The translations under genes were made by a program, and so were the position numbers. A model generated the notes under the pieces. The model did not search any database and was not told the origin of the DNA. It saw nothing but the letters and a program-made list of their open reading frames with translations. Of a stretch of 64,000 bases of DNA, positions 9,382 to 19,510 are shown piece by piece. Within the stretch, counting starts at the first letter, position 1. Each line of letters starts with the position of its first letter. Origin of the DNA: a virus. The DNA lies in IMG/VR virus record IMGVR_UViG_3300028287_000410, positions 32,001 through 96,000 of that record, one strand, 5' to 3'.

Positions 9382-9621
9382 ATGTCAGAAGAAACTCAAG
9401 TAGAAGCACAAGCTGAAGCTCCAGCAGTAACAGTTAATGATTTGGCTAACGTATATGCAGTAATCGATCTTGCATCAAAGCGTGGTGCATTTCAAGCTGG
9501 TGAACTTTCAGCAGTAGGCGCAGTTGCTAATAAAATCAAATCATTTATTGATTTTGTACAAGCACAACAGGCAGAGCAGGCAGAGGGCGAAGCACCAGCA
9601 GAAGCTCCTGCAGAAGGTTAA
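9382..9621 (+). CDS. Phage hypothetical protein
   Basis: Strong RBS AGGAGA, biased codons, IDLASKRGAF core. Confidence 0.8.
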   Translation: MSEETQVEAQAEAPAVTVNDLANVYAVIDLASKRGAFQAGELSAVGAVANKIKSFIDFVQAQQAEQAEGEAPAEAPAEG

Positions 9622-9624
9622 GAC

Positions 9625-10263
9625 ATGGCTTTTCTAAAACATGTCGGTAGACACGAAGGTACTGGACAACGTTTGAGTGTTGTCTTCCTTCAGCTACCAG
9701 ATGATAAAGAAAACGCACTTGTTGTGTATAGTGATTCATTACCGGATCGATACCATGATGATTTCATGCAGGCGGTAGAATCACCAGAAGGTCAACAATC
9801 AGCAAACTTGTATGAAGTACTGGGACGTAAAGTATTTTGGCATGGTACCACTATGCTTGACACATTACACAAAGAAGGACATTTAGTAAAGATTCCAACA
9901 GGATCAATTATTATGACTCCTAACTCTAATACTAATGTTCCGCTAAATGACATTCTTGCTCAAATGGATGCCGATGACATCGAAGTCCCAGCAACGAATG
10001 ATACAACGCAGACTCCAGCAGATTCACAAGTTGATGCAAATGTAGCAGAATCTCAACAAGATGAAAATAAAGCTATTGCACAAAATCTTATGATTCAAGC
10101 AAATCTTCTACAGCAAGATGCGGATGCAAAACGTAAGGAAGCATATACATATGATCCTTCGCTTGCACCAAAGACTGAAGCAAAGCCGAAAGTACGTGTT
10201 ACTAAAGCTAAAACATCAGACGCACCAAAGAAGCGTGGTCGTCCGAAGAAGTCTGAGGCGTAG
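9625..10263 (+). CDS. Hypothetical protein with C-terminal AT-hook-like motif
   Basis: Basic tail ending KKRGRPKK. Confidence 0.75.
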   Translation: MAFLKHVGRHEGTGQRLSVVFLQLPDDKENALVVYSDSLPDRYHDDFMQAVESPEGQQSANLYEVLGRKVFWHGTTMLDTLHKEGHLVKIPTGSIIMTPNSNTNVPLNDILAQMDADDIEVPATNDTTQTPADSQVDANVAESQQDENKAIAQNLMIQANLLQQDADAKRKEAYTYDPSLAPKTEAKPKVRVTKAKTSDAPKKRGRPKKSEA

Positions 10264-10264
10264 T

Positions 10265-10537
10265 ATGTCAATCAAGCGTAATAGTATTATAGACCGTATT
10301 AAGCAGGAACGTGAACGTCAAGTTGAAATTCCTGGTAGCGAATTTGATGCAAAGAACTCTCCGAATGATTGGATTGCAATTGCAACTTATTATCTTGCGC
10401 AAGAGACTAGACGTGCTACTATGCTTGAAGCACCAAGTTCGGTTGAATTTGAAAAAGAACTAATCAAAGCTGCGGCAGTAATTGTCGCGGCTTTGGAACA
10501 CACAGAACTAATGAAAGAAGAAGGTAAACTTTCATAA
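10265..10537 (+). CDS. Small helical protein, possibly MazG-like fold
   Basis: ERERQ...ELIKAAAVIVAALE; start corrected to ATG 10265. Confidence 0.55.
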   Translation: MSIKRNSIIDRIKQERERQVEIPGSEFDAKNSPNDWIAIATYYLAQETRRATMLEAPSSVEFEKELIKAAAVIVAALEHTELMKEEGKLS

Positions 10538-10854
10538 TGGATTTCGATAGAGACGGCGAATTTGATAGACTCATGGAAGAAATCTTCCCTATGAGTATTC
10601 CAGCACAGTTTGTTAAGTCAATCATTGTTAAGATGAAAAATGGACAAGACATTGAACTAACCGGAGATGAACTGCTACATCCATTGCCGATGGCAGAGAA
10701 TATGGGTTGGGATAAACTCGCATCACACTTTGAACAAATTGATGATATCGAAGTACAAATTGATGTAGATGGTATTAAAGAAAGCGTAGTTATGAACGTA
10801 CAAACTATTCTTTCAAATCACTTCAATGATGGATCGGGGGGAACAATTGGTTAG
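10537..10854 (+). CDS. Hypothetical protein
   Basis: Translationally coupled (TAATG) acidic ORF. Confidence 0.7.
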   Translation: MDFDRDGEFDRLMEEIFPMSIPAQFVKSIIVKMKNGQDIELTGDELLHPLPMAENMGWDKLASHFEQIDDIEVQIDVDGIKESVVMNVQTILSNHFNDGSGGTIG

Positions 10855-11362
10855 TATGATTTTTGCCTGTGATAAAGCAGGAGGTATTGGTTTTAAAAAC
10901 GGTCTTCCTTGGCCTCATATCTCAGAAGATTTACAGCATTTTAAACGTATAACTGAAGACAACGTAGTAGTTATGGGTAGCAACACTTGGAACAGTCTTG
11001 GTGGTCTAGCACCACTTAGAGGCCGTATTAACTATGTGATTACTGCTAATGACTTGTCAAATTTTGCAGGAGCTTTTGACTGCTATGACTATACACAGTA
11101 TACAATGGAAAACATTATTACTGCAATTGATTTTAGGCATCCAGGTAAGGAAACTATTATCATTGGCGGCAAGAAGATTTATGATGAAGCATACAAATAT
11201 TGTAGCACAATATATATGACAAGGATTATGGATACATATAAATGTGATACAGTAGTAGATGTCGATATGTATCTAGATAATTTTGCATGTCGTTCTGCAC
11301 GTGCCGAGATAGGCAATCAGCATAAACCATCTATTTCAATTGAACGTTGGGAAAGAACATGA
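10847..11362 (+). CDS. folA: Dihydrofolate reductase
   Basis: GIGFKNGLPWP, DLQHFK, VVMGSNTW, PLRGRINYVI, IIGG; adjacent to thyA. Confidence 0.95.
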   Translation: MVSMIFACDKAGGIGFKNGLPWPHISEDLQHFKRITEDNVVVMGSNTWNSLGGLAPLRGRINYVITANDLSNFAGAFDCYDYTQYTMENIITAIDFRHPGKETIIIGGKKIYDEAYKYCSTIYMTRIMDTYKCDTVVDVDMYLDNFACRSARAEIGNQHKPSISIERWERT

Positions 11363-12234
11363 GTAGTCATAACTGGAACGAAGATATGTATCTAGACTTA
11401 TTGCATACTGTGTTACATACAGGTGAGCAACGAGGACAAGAACGTACAGGAGTTGGTACTCGGGCACGATTTATGTCATGGTTAGATTTTGACTTACGTA
11501 TTGGGTTCCCACTACTAACAACTAAGAAAGTAGCTTTTAAAAGTGTACTCAGTGAATTACTTTGGTTTATCGAAGGTTCACAAAATGAACGTAGGCTTGC
11601 TGAAATTCATTATGGTAAGCCAAGAAACGAATTACGAGACAAGACTACTATCTGGACTGCCAATGCCAATAATCAAGGCAAAGCACTTGGTCATTACAAC
11701 AGTGAAGATAATAAAGACTTAGGTCCCGTCTATGGTGTACAATGGCGCAACTGGAACGGAGTAGATCAATTAGCTAATCTCATTGAAGGGATTAAAAATG
11801 ATCCTCAGGGACGTAGACATATTTTAAGTGCTTGGAATGTATCTGACTTAGATCAGATGGCTCTGCCACCGTGTCATACTATGTCACAGTTTTATGTGAA
11901 TAACGAAGGTGAACTAAGCTGTAGTCTATATCAACGTAGTGCAGACTTGTTCTTAGGTGTTCCATTTAACATTGCAAGCTATGCTCTATTAACACATATG
12001 ATTGCACACGTTTGCGGATTGAAAGTTGGGGATTACTATCACACTATTGGTGATGGTCACATCTATAATAATCACGTAGATGCAGTTAACGAACAACTAA
12101 CACGTGAAGCTACGAAGTTTCCTAAACTAAAGATTATCGGTGAGCATAAATCTATTGATGATTTTACTATGGATAGTTTCGAGATTGTGGGTTACGATCC
12201 ACTTCCATTCATTAAAGCGCCAATGGCAGTTTAA
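11359..12234 (+). CDS. thyA: Thymidylate synthase
   Basis: FPLLTTKK, LGPVYGVQWR, MALPPCH, YQRSADLFLGVPFNIASY. Confidence 0.97.
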   Translation: MSSHNWNEDMYLDLLHTVLHTGEQRGQERTGVGTRARFMSWLDFDLRIGFPLLTTKKVAFKSVLSELLWFIEGSQNERRLAEIHYGKPRNELRDKTTIWTANANNQGKALGHYNSEDNKDLGPVYGVQWRNWNGVDQLANLIEGIKNDPQGRRHILSAWNVSDLDQMALPPCHTMSQFYVNNEGELSCSLYQRSADLFLGVPFNIASYALLTHMIAHVCGLKVGDYYHTIGDGHIYNNHVDAVNEQLTREATKFPKLKIIGEHKSIDDFTMDSFEIVGYDPLPFIKAPMAV

Positions 12235-12235
12235 T

Positions 12236-13291
12236 TTATTCTACTAAGTTTAGACCGTCTATAACATCCCCATCAATGACCATATCAACCGGATGTTTTT
12301 CACCATAGAATTCATTCTGTTCCCAGCACTGGTCTTCTTCATTCCAATCAAACCAAGGGCTAACTGCTAATACGTAGTTAGTCCTTTTGTACCCTGGCAT
12401 TGGCTTTGCTACATATGGGCGATGTGTCACATATGTATCCCAAACATACCAATTTCCGGGAGTAAATGACTTTGTTCCATAATCTTCAATTTCAATACCA
12501 TATGCATTCTCTGGATTATCAAGTGCTAAGTTTATACGAAGTTCGTAAAACCAGCTTTCATCTCTGTGCCATAGGAATTTGTTTGCAGTCTCTTGTGTTG
12601 CTTTATCATCGATGCCTTTAATCTGAGCAATGCGACTACGCACAGGCGAAGACTTAATTCTATCCCTTAGTGTGCCTAAATATTCATGTCCAGAACATTC
12701 ACTCCAATTTCTAAATCCCCATGTGTCTGGGTACGTATCTTTGTTGATACGTTCACCTACGTCTTTTCTATCTTCGTATGTATCTAAAAGTTCATTTAGT
12801 ACAGTATCGTCAATTATACCATGTTGATGTAAATATCTAAACCCATGATGCATCCCAAACTCCTGGGTCTCACTCCACAAGTCTTTATCTAGACGTTTTT
12901 CCATAATCTTTTCAAATAATGAAAAGTTCTTCATAAACAGTTCATCTGGAATGTTATTTCTAGGATACCCTAATGTCTGTGCATTCTTTGGAATATTGTC
13001 ATATCTATATGTAGGATTAGTCACCAAACTCAATCCACCATAGTTAGAACTTCTAGCAAATTTACCTTGATATATGTTTAGAAACCCATACCAACCATAC
13101 TTTACGAATGCGTCTTCGATACTGTCTCTTAGTGTGTCCACATCTAATTTCGTATCTTCAAATTCGAACAATACACCTTCTTTGCTTGGTTTCATTGTTT
13201 TAGCATATTTGTCAGTATCCAGAGTTTCTGCAATCCAGGCATGGACTGCTTTTCTATCTGGGCAATCTTTTATGTAAAATCTTTTCTTCAT
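12236..13291 (-). CDS. Putative 2OG-Fe(II) oxygenase-like protein
   Basis: WHRDE (HxD), RINLAL, WDTYVTHRP distal His, RTN. Confidence 0.55.
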   Translation of the reverse strand: MKKRFYIKDCPDRKAVHAWIAETLDTDKYAKTMKPSKEGVLFEFEDTKLDVDTLRDSIEDAFVKYGWYGFLNIYQGKFARSSNYGGLSLVTNPTYRYDNIPKNAQTLGYPRNNIPDELFMKNFSLFEKIMEKRLDKDLWSETQEFGMHHGFRYLHQHGIIDDTVLNELLDTYEDRKDVGERINKDTYPDTWGFRNWSECSGHEYLGTLRDRIKSSPVRSRIAQIKGIDDKATQETANKFLWHRDESWFYELRINLALDNPENAYGIEIEDYGTKSFTPGNWYVWDTYVTHRPYVAKPMPGYKRTNYVLAVSPWFDWNEEDQCWEQNEFYGEKHPVDMVIDGDVIDGLNLVE

Positions 13292-14463
13292 TTTTTATAA
13301 CTCACATCTCCGGGATAGATAGGAACCATTGCGCCGGGCGCACGTTTTGGAATTTTACTGTCAGCACTAGATACACAACTATCTGAAATACACACCTTAG
13401 GCGCATCGAATAGTTTAAACCCACTCTCAATATACCCTAAGGGCTCGTCAGAACAACTGTAAGAGCGTTTAATAGACCCATCAGGCTCACGTATAATAAT
13501 ACCCTTAAACCCGCTTGTACAATCCCAACCTTTAAACTTGTTAAAGTTAAACGCATTAAAGCGTTCTGCTTGGTCCATGTAGTACTTGTCACCTTTACTA
13601 TCTTCGAACTCTACTTGCATGATAGGTGGGACATTCTTATCATCGCCATTAATCATATCCATCTTCCACATGCTTCCTGTGCGTGGCTTTGGACGCATTG
13701 CTTTAATAGTATTCGCTTTTTCAATAGTATCAGTGTACGCACGTTGTGGCATACCATTCTGCATCATCTTTAGTTGTTCGTCTGTGTATCCGTCTACAAC
13801 ACGTGATGCAGTAGGATCTGACTGTGGTTTTAGAGTAACATTGATTCCACGCTCATGAAAGTACATTGCGTTATTCCAATCTCTATCAAACCAGTCTGGT
13901 ACAAGTACCATATTGATTGTTACTTGCACATCATGTTCCATACAGAATAGAAGTTTGTCAGCAAATTCATCCATCTTTGCATATTCACTGTGATAAGATG
14001 CAGTAATACTTGCACGATGAAACTTTGCAACAATGTCACAATATTTCTGAAACCAATCCATCTTACGTGCCATATTTGTTGTCATATGAACAGAGGTATA
14101 ATTAGTGTTATCGACATCATCAGCCAAATGCTGCAAAATATCCAAGTATCCTGGATGAAAAGTAGGCTCACCGCCAGACAAAGAAAAATGGAAACTATTA
14201 AAACTGTTATCACGTGCTTGCCTCTTAATTTCATCTATGGTCGCTAGACACAACTCTGTTGGTCTATGATCTTTTCTATCACTTCTGGCATAAGGCCAGC
14301 AGTACGAACACTTGTAGTTACAGAAACGTCCTAATAACCAAGACACTGAAAACAAATCCCTGTATAAAAGTGTTCGTTGACCTACCTTAACGATATCATC
14401 ATACGGCGTTGCTGTAAAGTCGTATTGTGACCAGTAGTCTGCATCTTTTTCAATCTTATCCAT
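13288..14463 (-). CDS. Radical SAM protein (C-terminal Cys cluster)
   Basis: CNYKCSYC, SGGEPT, GWDC...SC...C....C. Confidence 0.92.
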   Translation of the reverse strand: MDKIEKDADYWSQYDFTATPYDDIVKVGQRTLLYRDLFSVSWLLGRFCNYKCSYCWPYARSDRKDHRPTELCLATIDEIKRQARDNSFNSFHFSLSGGEPTFHPGYLDILQHLADDVDNTNYTSVHMTTNMARKMDWFQKYCDIVAKFHRASITASYHSEYAKMDEFADKLLFCMEHDVQVTINMVLVPDWFDRDWNNAMYFHERGINVTLKPQSDPTASRVVDGYTDEQLKMMQNGMPQRAYTDTIEKANTIKAMRPKPRTGSMWKMDMINGDDKNVPPIMQVEFEDSKGDKYYMDQAERFNAFNFNKFKGWDCTSGFKGIIIREPDGSIKRSYSCSDEPLGYIESGFKLFDAPKVCISDSCVSSADSKIPKRAPGAMVPIYPGDVSYKK

Positions 14464-14465
14464 TA

Positions 14466-15893
14466 TTATACCTTGTATTTTTTCATCGCGTTATATAGTT
14501 CTGGCAACTGACGTTCCATATCTTCGTCGCGGATGTCATCTAACTTGCTGTTATATTCCCAAAACTTTTTATTGTTTTCTTCTGTGAACCAATCTTCTCC
14601 GTACATGAAATTAATATTCGTGTCTAACAGATTATCCATTTTCTTGATAGCCCACTCTGCATTTGCAGGTTTTATCATTCCTATTACGTTTGGATTTTTC
14701 TTAACTAGACTATGAAAATCAATAGTGTGTACTATTTCTTCTTTAAATTCAGTCCTAAATGCTTCCCAACTATCACGTACTTCATCCTTTACATCTTTCG
14801 GTAGGAAACGAGTACTTAATTCATGTGGTTTGTGAATAGGGTGTACATTTGCAAAAGGTTTTAAGTTATTCTTCAGTATAGGAGAGATAACTGCAAAATC
14901 TTGTTCAATCTTCCATTTTAAAAACTCTGGCAAATGAAATGCATTTAGGGAACCGATAGTAAATGCAATCCAGGCTCTAAAATTCATAGTCTGTGTGCCT
15001 ACTTCATCTAGTTTCTTTAGATTTTTTTCTATTAGTTTTGACTTCAATGGGTTGCGTACATATTCTAGTGTGTCTCCGATACCGTCCATAGAGATACCAA
15101 ACTGTACTTGCTTAAAGTTAGTCCATAAGTCTAACGCACGTGGTTGGATATTTGTTAGGTTAGTATTATACTCAAGTGTCATTTCTTTTGCTTTACCTTG
15201 CTCTACACAATACTTTAAGAAATCATAATGTCTTTCAATAATAAGTGGTTCGCCGCCTACTAGATATACGTGTTGCATACCAGCTACGTTCTCTTCTAAG
15301 TTCTCCCAGAAGTGATCTTTGTGTACCCAATCGTAATCATCAGCGACATACTTTCCCTTCTTATTCTTATACATTTCAACGACACCATGTGTGTCTTTGA
15401 ATTTACTTGATCCCCACATTTTAACATAGTCATCATACCAAGCACTAGAATCCATCGGTGAACACATACGACATTTTAAGTTACAAAAGTTACCTAATCG
15501 AATATCGTAATACGTTTGCTTAATATGCTCTAAGTCTATTGTACCATCTTCTTCTGTATGAGCTACCGCCTGATCCCAAGTAATGTGTTGTGCAAAACGT
15601 TCACCATCATTGATACGTCGAGATTTCATACCTGCTTTTTCTTCACGTACACAACGAATACATTCCTTATGCCACTTACCTTCAAGCATAGTAGAACGAA
15701 TTTCTTTTGCTAATGGAGAGTTAATCGCATCAGTGATTTGGTCATGATGCAAATTATAGTTTGTTCCGTCTTCTTTCTTGTAAATACCACGTGTCGGTCC
15801 TTGATTAGCATGACAACACACACGCAAATCTCCATTTGCACGTGTCGAAATGTTTATCCATGGTAGAATACAGAATGTATCACTCTTTTGCAT
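14466..15893 (-). CDS. Radical SAM protein with N-terminal twitch/SPASM domain
   Basis: FCILPW..VCC..CIRC; CNLKCRMC; GGEPL. Confidence 0.92.
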   Translation of the reverse strand: MQKSDTFCILPWINISTRANGDLRVCCHANQGPTRGIYKKEDGTNYNLHHDQITDAINSPLAKEIRSTMLEGKWHKECIRCVREEKAGMKSRRINDGERFAQHITWDQAVAHTEEDGTIDLEHIKQTYYDIRLGNFCNLKCRMCSPMDSSAWYDDYVKMWGSSKFKDTHGVVEMYKNKKGKYVADDYDWVHKDHFWENLEENVAGMQHVYLVGGEPLIIERHYDFLKYCVEQGKAKEMTLEYNTNLTNIQPRALDLWTNFKQVQFGISMDGIGDTLEYVRNPLKSKLIEKNLKKLDEVGTQTMNFRAWIAFTIGSLNAFHLPEFLKWKIEQDFAVISPILKNNLKPFANVHPIHKPHELSTRFLPKDVKDEVRDSWEAFRTEFKEEIVHTIDFHSLVKKNPNVIGMIKPANAEWAIKKMDNLLDTNINFMYGEDWFTEENNKKFWEYNSKLDDIRDEDMERQLPELYNAMKKYKV

Positions 15894-17115
15894 ATTCGTT
15901 CATCTCCGTATCTTCAAAGTTCTCTTCGCCGTTGCCTCTGAAGTCTAATTCTTTACCACAAGTCTTACCGCAAATCCAAAGACGTTCATCTGAATTTGTT
16001 TCCCAGCTTGCTACTAAGTCATTTGCAAAATATGGGGTTTTGAGTATATCAAATAATGAATGTTTTGATAAATCATTGAAATCTTTGCCATATCGTTTCC
16101 ACATATTCTTATTGTCTTCGATACGTCTTGGCGTTGCCATATCGTGTCCTATTTTACTATAGTAATGTCCCTGCCAACAGCAAGGCCATACTTTACCCTG
16201 ATAATCGATAAAAATACTCTTATCTCTTTTAGTTTGACATGCTATTTCTGTAACCTTTACATAATTATCAAACCCTTTGTGCTTTTTAATTACATCATCT
16301 ACTTTATTAGTAGTATTAGATTTTGTTTTTGTAGGTTCTGCTAAAATAGTTGCAAGTGCTTTCTCTTTTTGTTCTGTTGTCTTACTTTCAATTTTCTTTT
16401 TGTTTTTTGCTACATGTTGTTTAGCAACAAATGTTAATTCTTTTTTAGTTTCAATAGCTTCGACTTCTTCTCCCTCGTAATGTGTAGGGATAACATATCT
16501 ATTTGATTTCTTATATCTAAACTTGACAAAGCCCATGTCTTCTGCTAGTTGTCTCGCTTCATCTATCTGATGCTCATTGTGTGCAAAGCCTATGAAGTCC
16601 CAACGTGCAATGCCACCATTAGCAATGAATGCTTTTGCATTACGCATAATAATATTCCACTTAGAATTCACACGATACAAATGATTAGTGTCTTCTAGTC
16701 CATCGATAGCAAAGATAACCTTGTCTGGCTTTCGCATAATAGATGCAAGTTCAATCCACCACGCTTCCGTCTGTGCAGAACCGTTTGTACTCAACGTAAC
16801 TTGTGCTACTCCCATATCTTTGCACATCTTTACCACTTCTAGTAAATATGGATACATGATAGGATCACCGTAGTTCCCATTAATGAATACGTGATTAGGA
16901 AGAAACGGTTTCATGTCTTCCAATGCTTGTTGTATTACTCTAGGATCAGTATCAGTTAAGTCTAAATCATCACGCTTCTTTAGCTTTATGTTATCTCCAT
17001 CCATGCCAGTTGTTCTTCCGCACATCGGGCACAGTAAGTTGCACCTAGAAGTAAGTTCTAAATGCATCACACCTACATCAAATTTGATGTACTCTAAGTT
17101 CTCTGATTTCGCCAT
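15880..17115 (-). CDS. Radical SAM protein with C-terminal SPASM-like domain
   Basis: CNLLCPMC, GNYGDP, FAIDGL, VWPCCW...CGKTC. Confidence 0.92.
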   Translation of the reverse strand: MAKSENLEYIKFDVGVMHLELTSRCNLLCPMCGRTTGMDGDNIKLKKRDDLDLTDTDPRVIQQALEDMKPFLPNHVFINGNYGDPIMYPYLLEVVKMCKDMGVAQVTLSTNGSAQTEAWWIELASIMRKPDKVIFAIDGLEDTNHLYRVNSKWNIIMRNAKAFIANGGIARWDFIGFAHNEHQIDEARQLAEDMGFVKFRYKKSNRYVIPTHYEGEEVEAIETKKELTFVAKQHVAKNKKKIESKTTEQKEKALATILAEPTKTKSNTTNKVDDVIKKHKGFDNYVKVTEIACQTKRDKSIFIDYQGKVWPCCWQGHYYSKIGHDMATPRRIEDNKNMWKRYGKDFNDLSKHSLFDILKTPYFANDLVASWETNSDERLWICGKTCGKELDFRGNGEENFEDTEMNEYAKE

Positions 17116-18689
17116 CTTAAAAATATTTCTTTAGGTAAGTTTCTGTATGCATGATTCAGTTCTTTAATTTGCATTCCTCTAGTAGGAGTGCCGTCCCAGT
17201 CAGCACTATGTAATCGAATTCTATTGTTTAATTTACTAACATCATTAACAAAACGTTTGTATACGTCCCGTCTTTCTTCATATGATTTAATCCACATTGT
17301 GTAACGTGTAGTTATATAGTTACTACTCCACATAACATCCTCAGTTGTATCATCTTGTGTAGTGTCGATCATTGGAAGTAAAGAACTCCAGTCAGTGATT
17401 AAGTTTGCTTGTGTATATGTTACTTTATTATCCCTTACTCTTTCAAAGAACTCATACCATTCTTCCATGCTGTTAAAGATACGCAAGATACTTGCTTCGT
17501 ATGCTTCTTTAGCACGTTCACGTTCTGATGCCCAGTCCTCAGACATATAATCGAAATCTTCATATATAGAGATTAACCCTATATCTTTATTATAATAGTT
17601 TTCTTTCAAAAAGTCAAGATACATATTAAAGTTTCTTGGATCCCATTCTTCATGGACCCACTTGCGTACATCTAATGCATTTTGTGAAATGTCAAAGTAA
17701 TTAATATTAACTGCGTCTATGTCTGTATCAGCATGCCAGTTTCTTAGAAAAGCAAATGTTTTAAATCCTGCTGCAACTGAATACACGTTACGCAACGGCT
17801 TTTTGTTAGGTACCATTTGAATATCGTTTACACTTTCTGTATTTAATATCCACATGGCATGAGGAGAACGTTCAACTGTAAATTGCTGATAACGTAGGAA
17901 TGCAGATTTAGAATCGCCCAAGTCTGACTCCCAATGTTTAAAGTCAGCACATCCTTCTTTAAAGAATTGTTTAAACTCAGTTTGTTCTTCTTTAATTTCT
18001 GGATATAAGTATGTCTTTGTAGCTCTTACATCTTCATCAAAGTTTCCTATAGCAATGCCATTCTCTAGACTAGTGTTTATAAAGTTCCACCCAAATCCAG
18101 TACGAGTAATTTTTTCATAAGCTGGTCCGGGTGCAATATACTTAGGAGTATGCTCATCGTGAAAGTTCTCTATACTACGAAGTGCTTGTCTTACTTCTGT
18201 AGGACGAACACTAAAATCACCGAATGCAGGCTCTCCTAGTTCTTTCCATAATTTATAATTGATTATAAAACATTGCTCATGAAATCTGAACCATCTATCT
18301 TTATGACGTTCATCAAGTATATGTCCCAATATTAGGAATTCATTATTCTGTGCCTTAGGTAAGTATTCGTGATTGCAGTATTCTCTGAATAAACTATATC
18401 CGTGTTCTAGTGGCTTCCAAGCATCATAAAATATATTACCGTATGCTTGAACTACAACCATATCAATATCAGATTCTTTATCATCTGTTTTCATTGCTTG
18501 TAAAATTTTATCTACACTGTCTTCTTCGTAAATAGTATGCTTAAAAAAACTATAATTATTTCGCAAGAAATTATAAGTGATTGCTTTCATGTAATCACTA
18601 ATTTCAGTATCACCTATTGTTTTAGATGTATCTAATACAGCACATCTAATCTGTGGATAAAAGTTATATGATCTTTGTTGCTTCTTCAT
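17094..18689 (-). CDS. Hypothetical protein (possible Rossmann-like C-terminal domain)
   Basis: 531-aa operonic ORF; YSVAAGFK...INYFDISQNAL. Confidence 0.6.
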   Translation of the reverse strand: MKKQQRSYNFYPQIRCAVLDTSKTIGDTEISDYMKAITYNFLRNNYSFFKHTIYEEDSVDKILQAMKTDDKESDIDMVVVQAYGNIFYDAWKPLEHGYSLFREYCNHEYLPKAQNNEFLILGHILDERHKDRWFRFHEQCFIINYKLWKELGEPAFGDFSVRPTEVRQALRSIENFHDEHTPKYIAPGPAYEKITRTGFGWNFINTSLENGIAIGNFDEDVRATKTYLYPEIKEEQTEFKQFFKEGCADFKHWESDLGDSKSAFLRYQQFTVERSPHAMWILNTESVNDIQMVPNKKPLRNVYSVAAGFKTFAFLRNWHADTDIDAVNINYFDISQNALDVRKWVHEEWDPRNFNMYLDFLKENYYNKDIGLISIYEDFDYMSEDWASERERAKEAYEASILRIFNSMEEWYEFFERVRDNKVTYTQANLITDWSSLLPMIDTTQDDTTEDVMWSSNYITTRYTMWIKSYEERRDVYKRFVNDVSKLNNRIRLHSADWDGTPTRGMQIKELNHAYRNLPKEIFLRWRNQRT

Positions 18690-19510
18690 TTTGTTGTTTT
18701 AGCCCAACTCTTTAAAATTAAATCTTCAAAATCTGATCCACCATATTGTCCATGAACAATCATATGCACACGAACTTCATCAGTATCATTCATTACTGCA
18801 TGACGATGACCTACATTCATCTTAAACATATTACCTGGCTTCCACGGAACATACGCATTGTCATCAATCATTTTAAAATGACAATTTTCTGGATTGTTCA
18901 ACGATATATTTAGTGGTCCTAATTTGTTGTGTTCATAATCTGTATGTGGTGTTATATAACCTCCCGGCTCTAAGTACATGTAACGAACTCTATCGAATGC
19001 TCTGTAACCCGGAATAGATTTAATCATCTTAACAGTCTCTGGACATTTATCTGCAATTTCAGTCCAATGATATGCTGCTCTTGCTTCACGTTCATCTGCA
19101 TACACAAAGCCTGCTGCGGCAACATCTTTACTATCCCAATGTTGAGATACATGCTTACCTAACCCATGTAGTGTCAGGGAGCGCCATCCTCTGTGTCCAT
19201 AGTCATCGGGGTTGTTCTCATCATAATCGTTCTTTCTATGTTGAATTGCTTCATCGTAAACTGCCATTGCTTCATTATAACATGCATTCCAATCAAACTC
19301 AGGGACATCTAATTTTAACCATGGGATACCTGACTCGTGTGTAACCCATTTTGCTTGTCTGAAACGTGCTGATGGTGGGAATCTAGGCTCATTCATCATA
19401 GCATCTACAAATGTACCTGGCATCGTATCAAAGCTATAACTATTTCTATCTTTAAAATGTTCTTCTATTGTTTTTGGGTATTCCATTATACCAATCTCCC
19501 GAATGCCCAT
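18686..19510 (-). CDS. Aspartyl/asparaginyl beta-hydroxylase-family 2OG-Fe(II) oxygenase
   Basis: WRSLTLHG, RVRYMYLEPGGYITPHTD, HRHAVMN, RVHMIVH. Confidence 0.8.
   Translation of the reverse strand: MGIREIGIMEYPKTIEEHFKDRNSYSFDTMPGTFVDAMMNEPRFPPSARFRQAKWVTHESGIPWLKLDVPEFDWNACYNEAMAVYDEAIQHRKNDYDENNPDDYGHRGWRSLTLHGLGKHVSQHWDSKDVAAAGFVYADEREARAAYHWTEIADKCPETVKMIKSIPGYRAFDRVRYMYLEPGGYITPHTDYEHNKLGPLNISLNNPENCHFKMIDDNAYVPWKPGNMFKMNVGHRHAVMNDTDEVRVHMIVHGQYGGSDFEDLILKSWAKTTK

Noticed and set aside
11359-12234. ThyA as a dCMP hydroxymethylase or base-modification enzyme
   Set aside because: Retains the dUMP-specifying Asn in PFNIASY and sits beside DHFR; canonical thymidylate synthase
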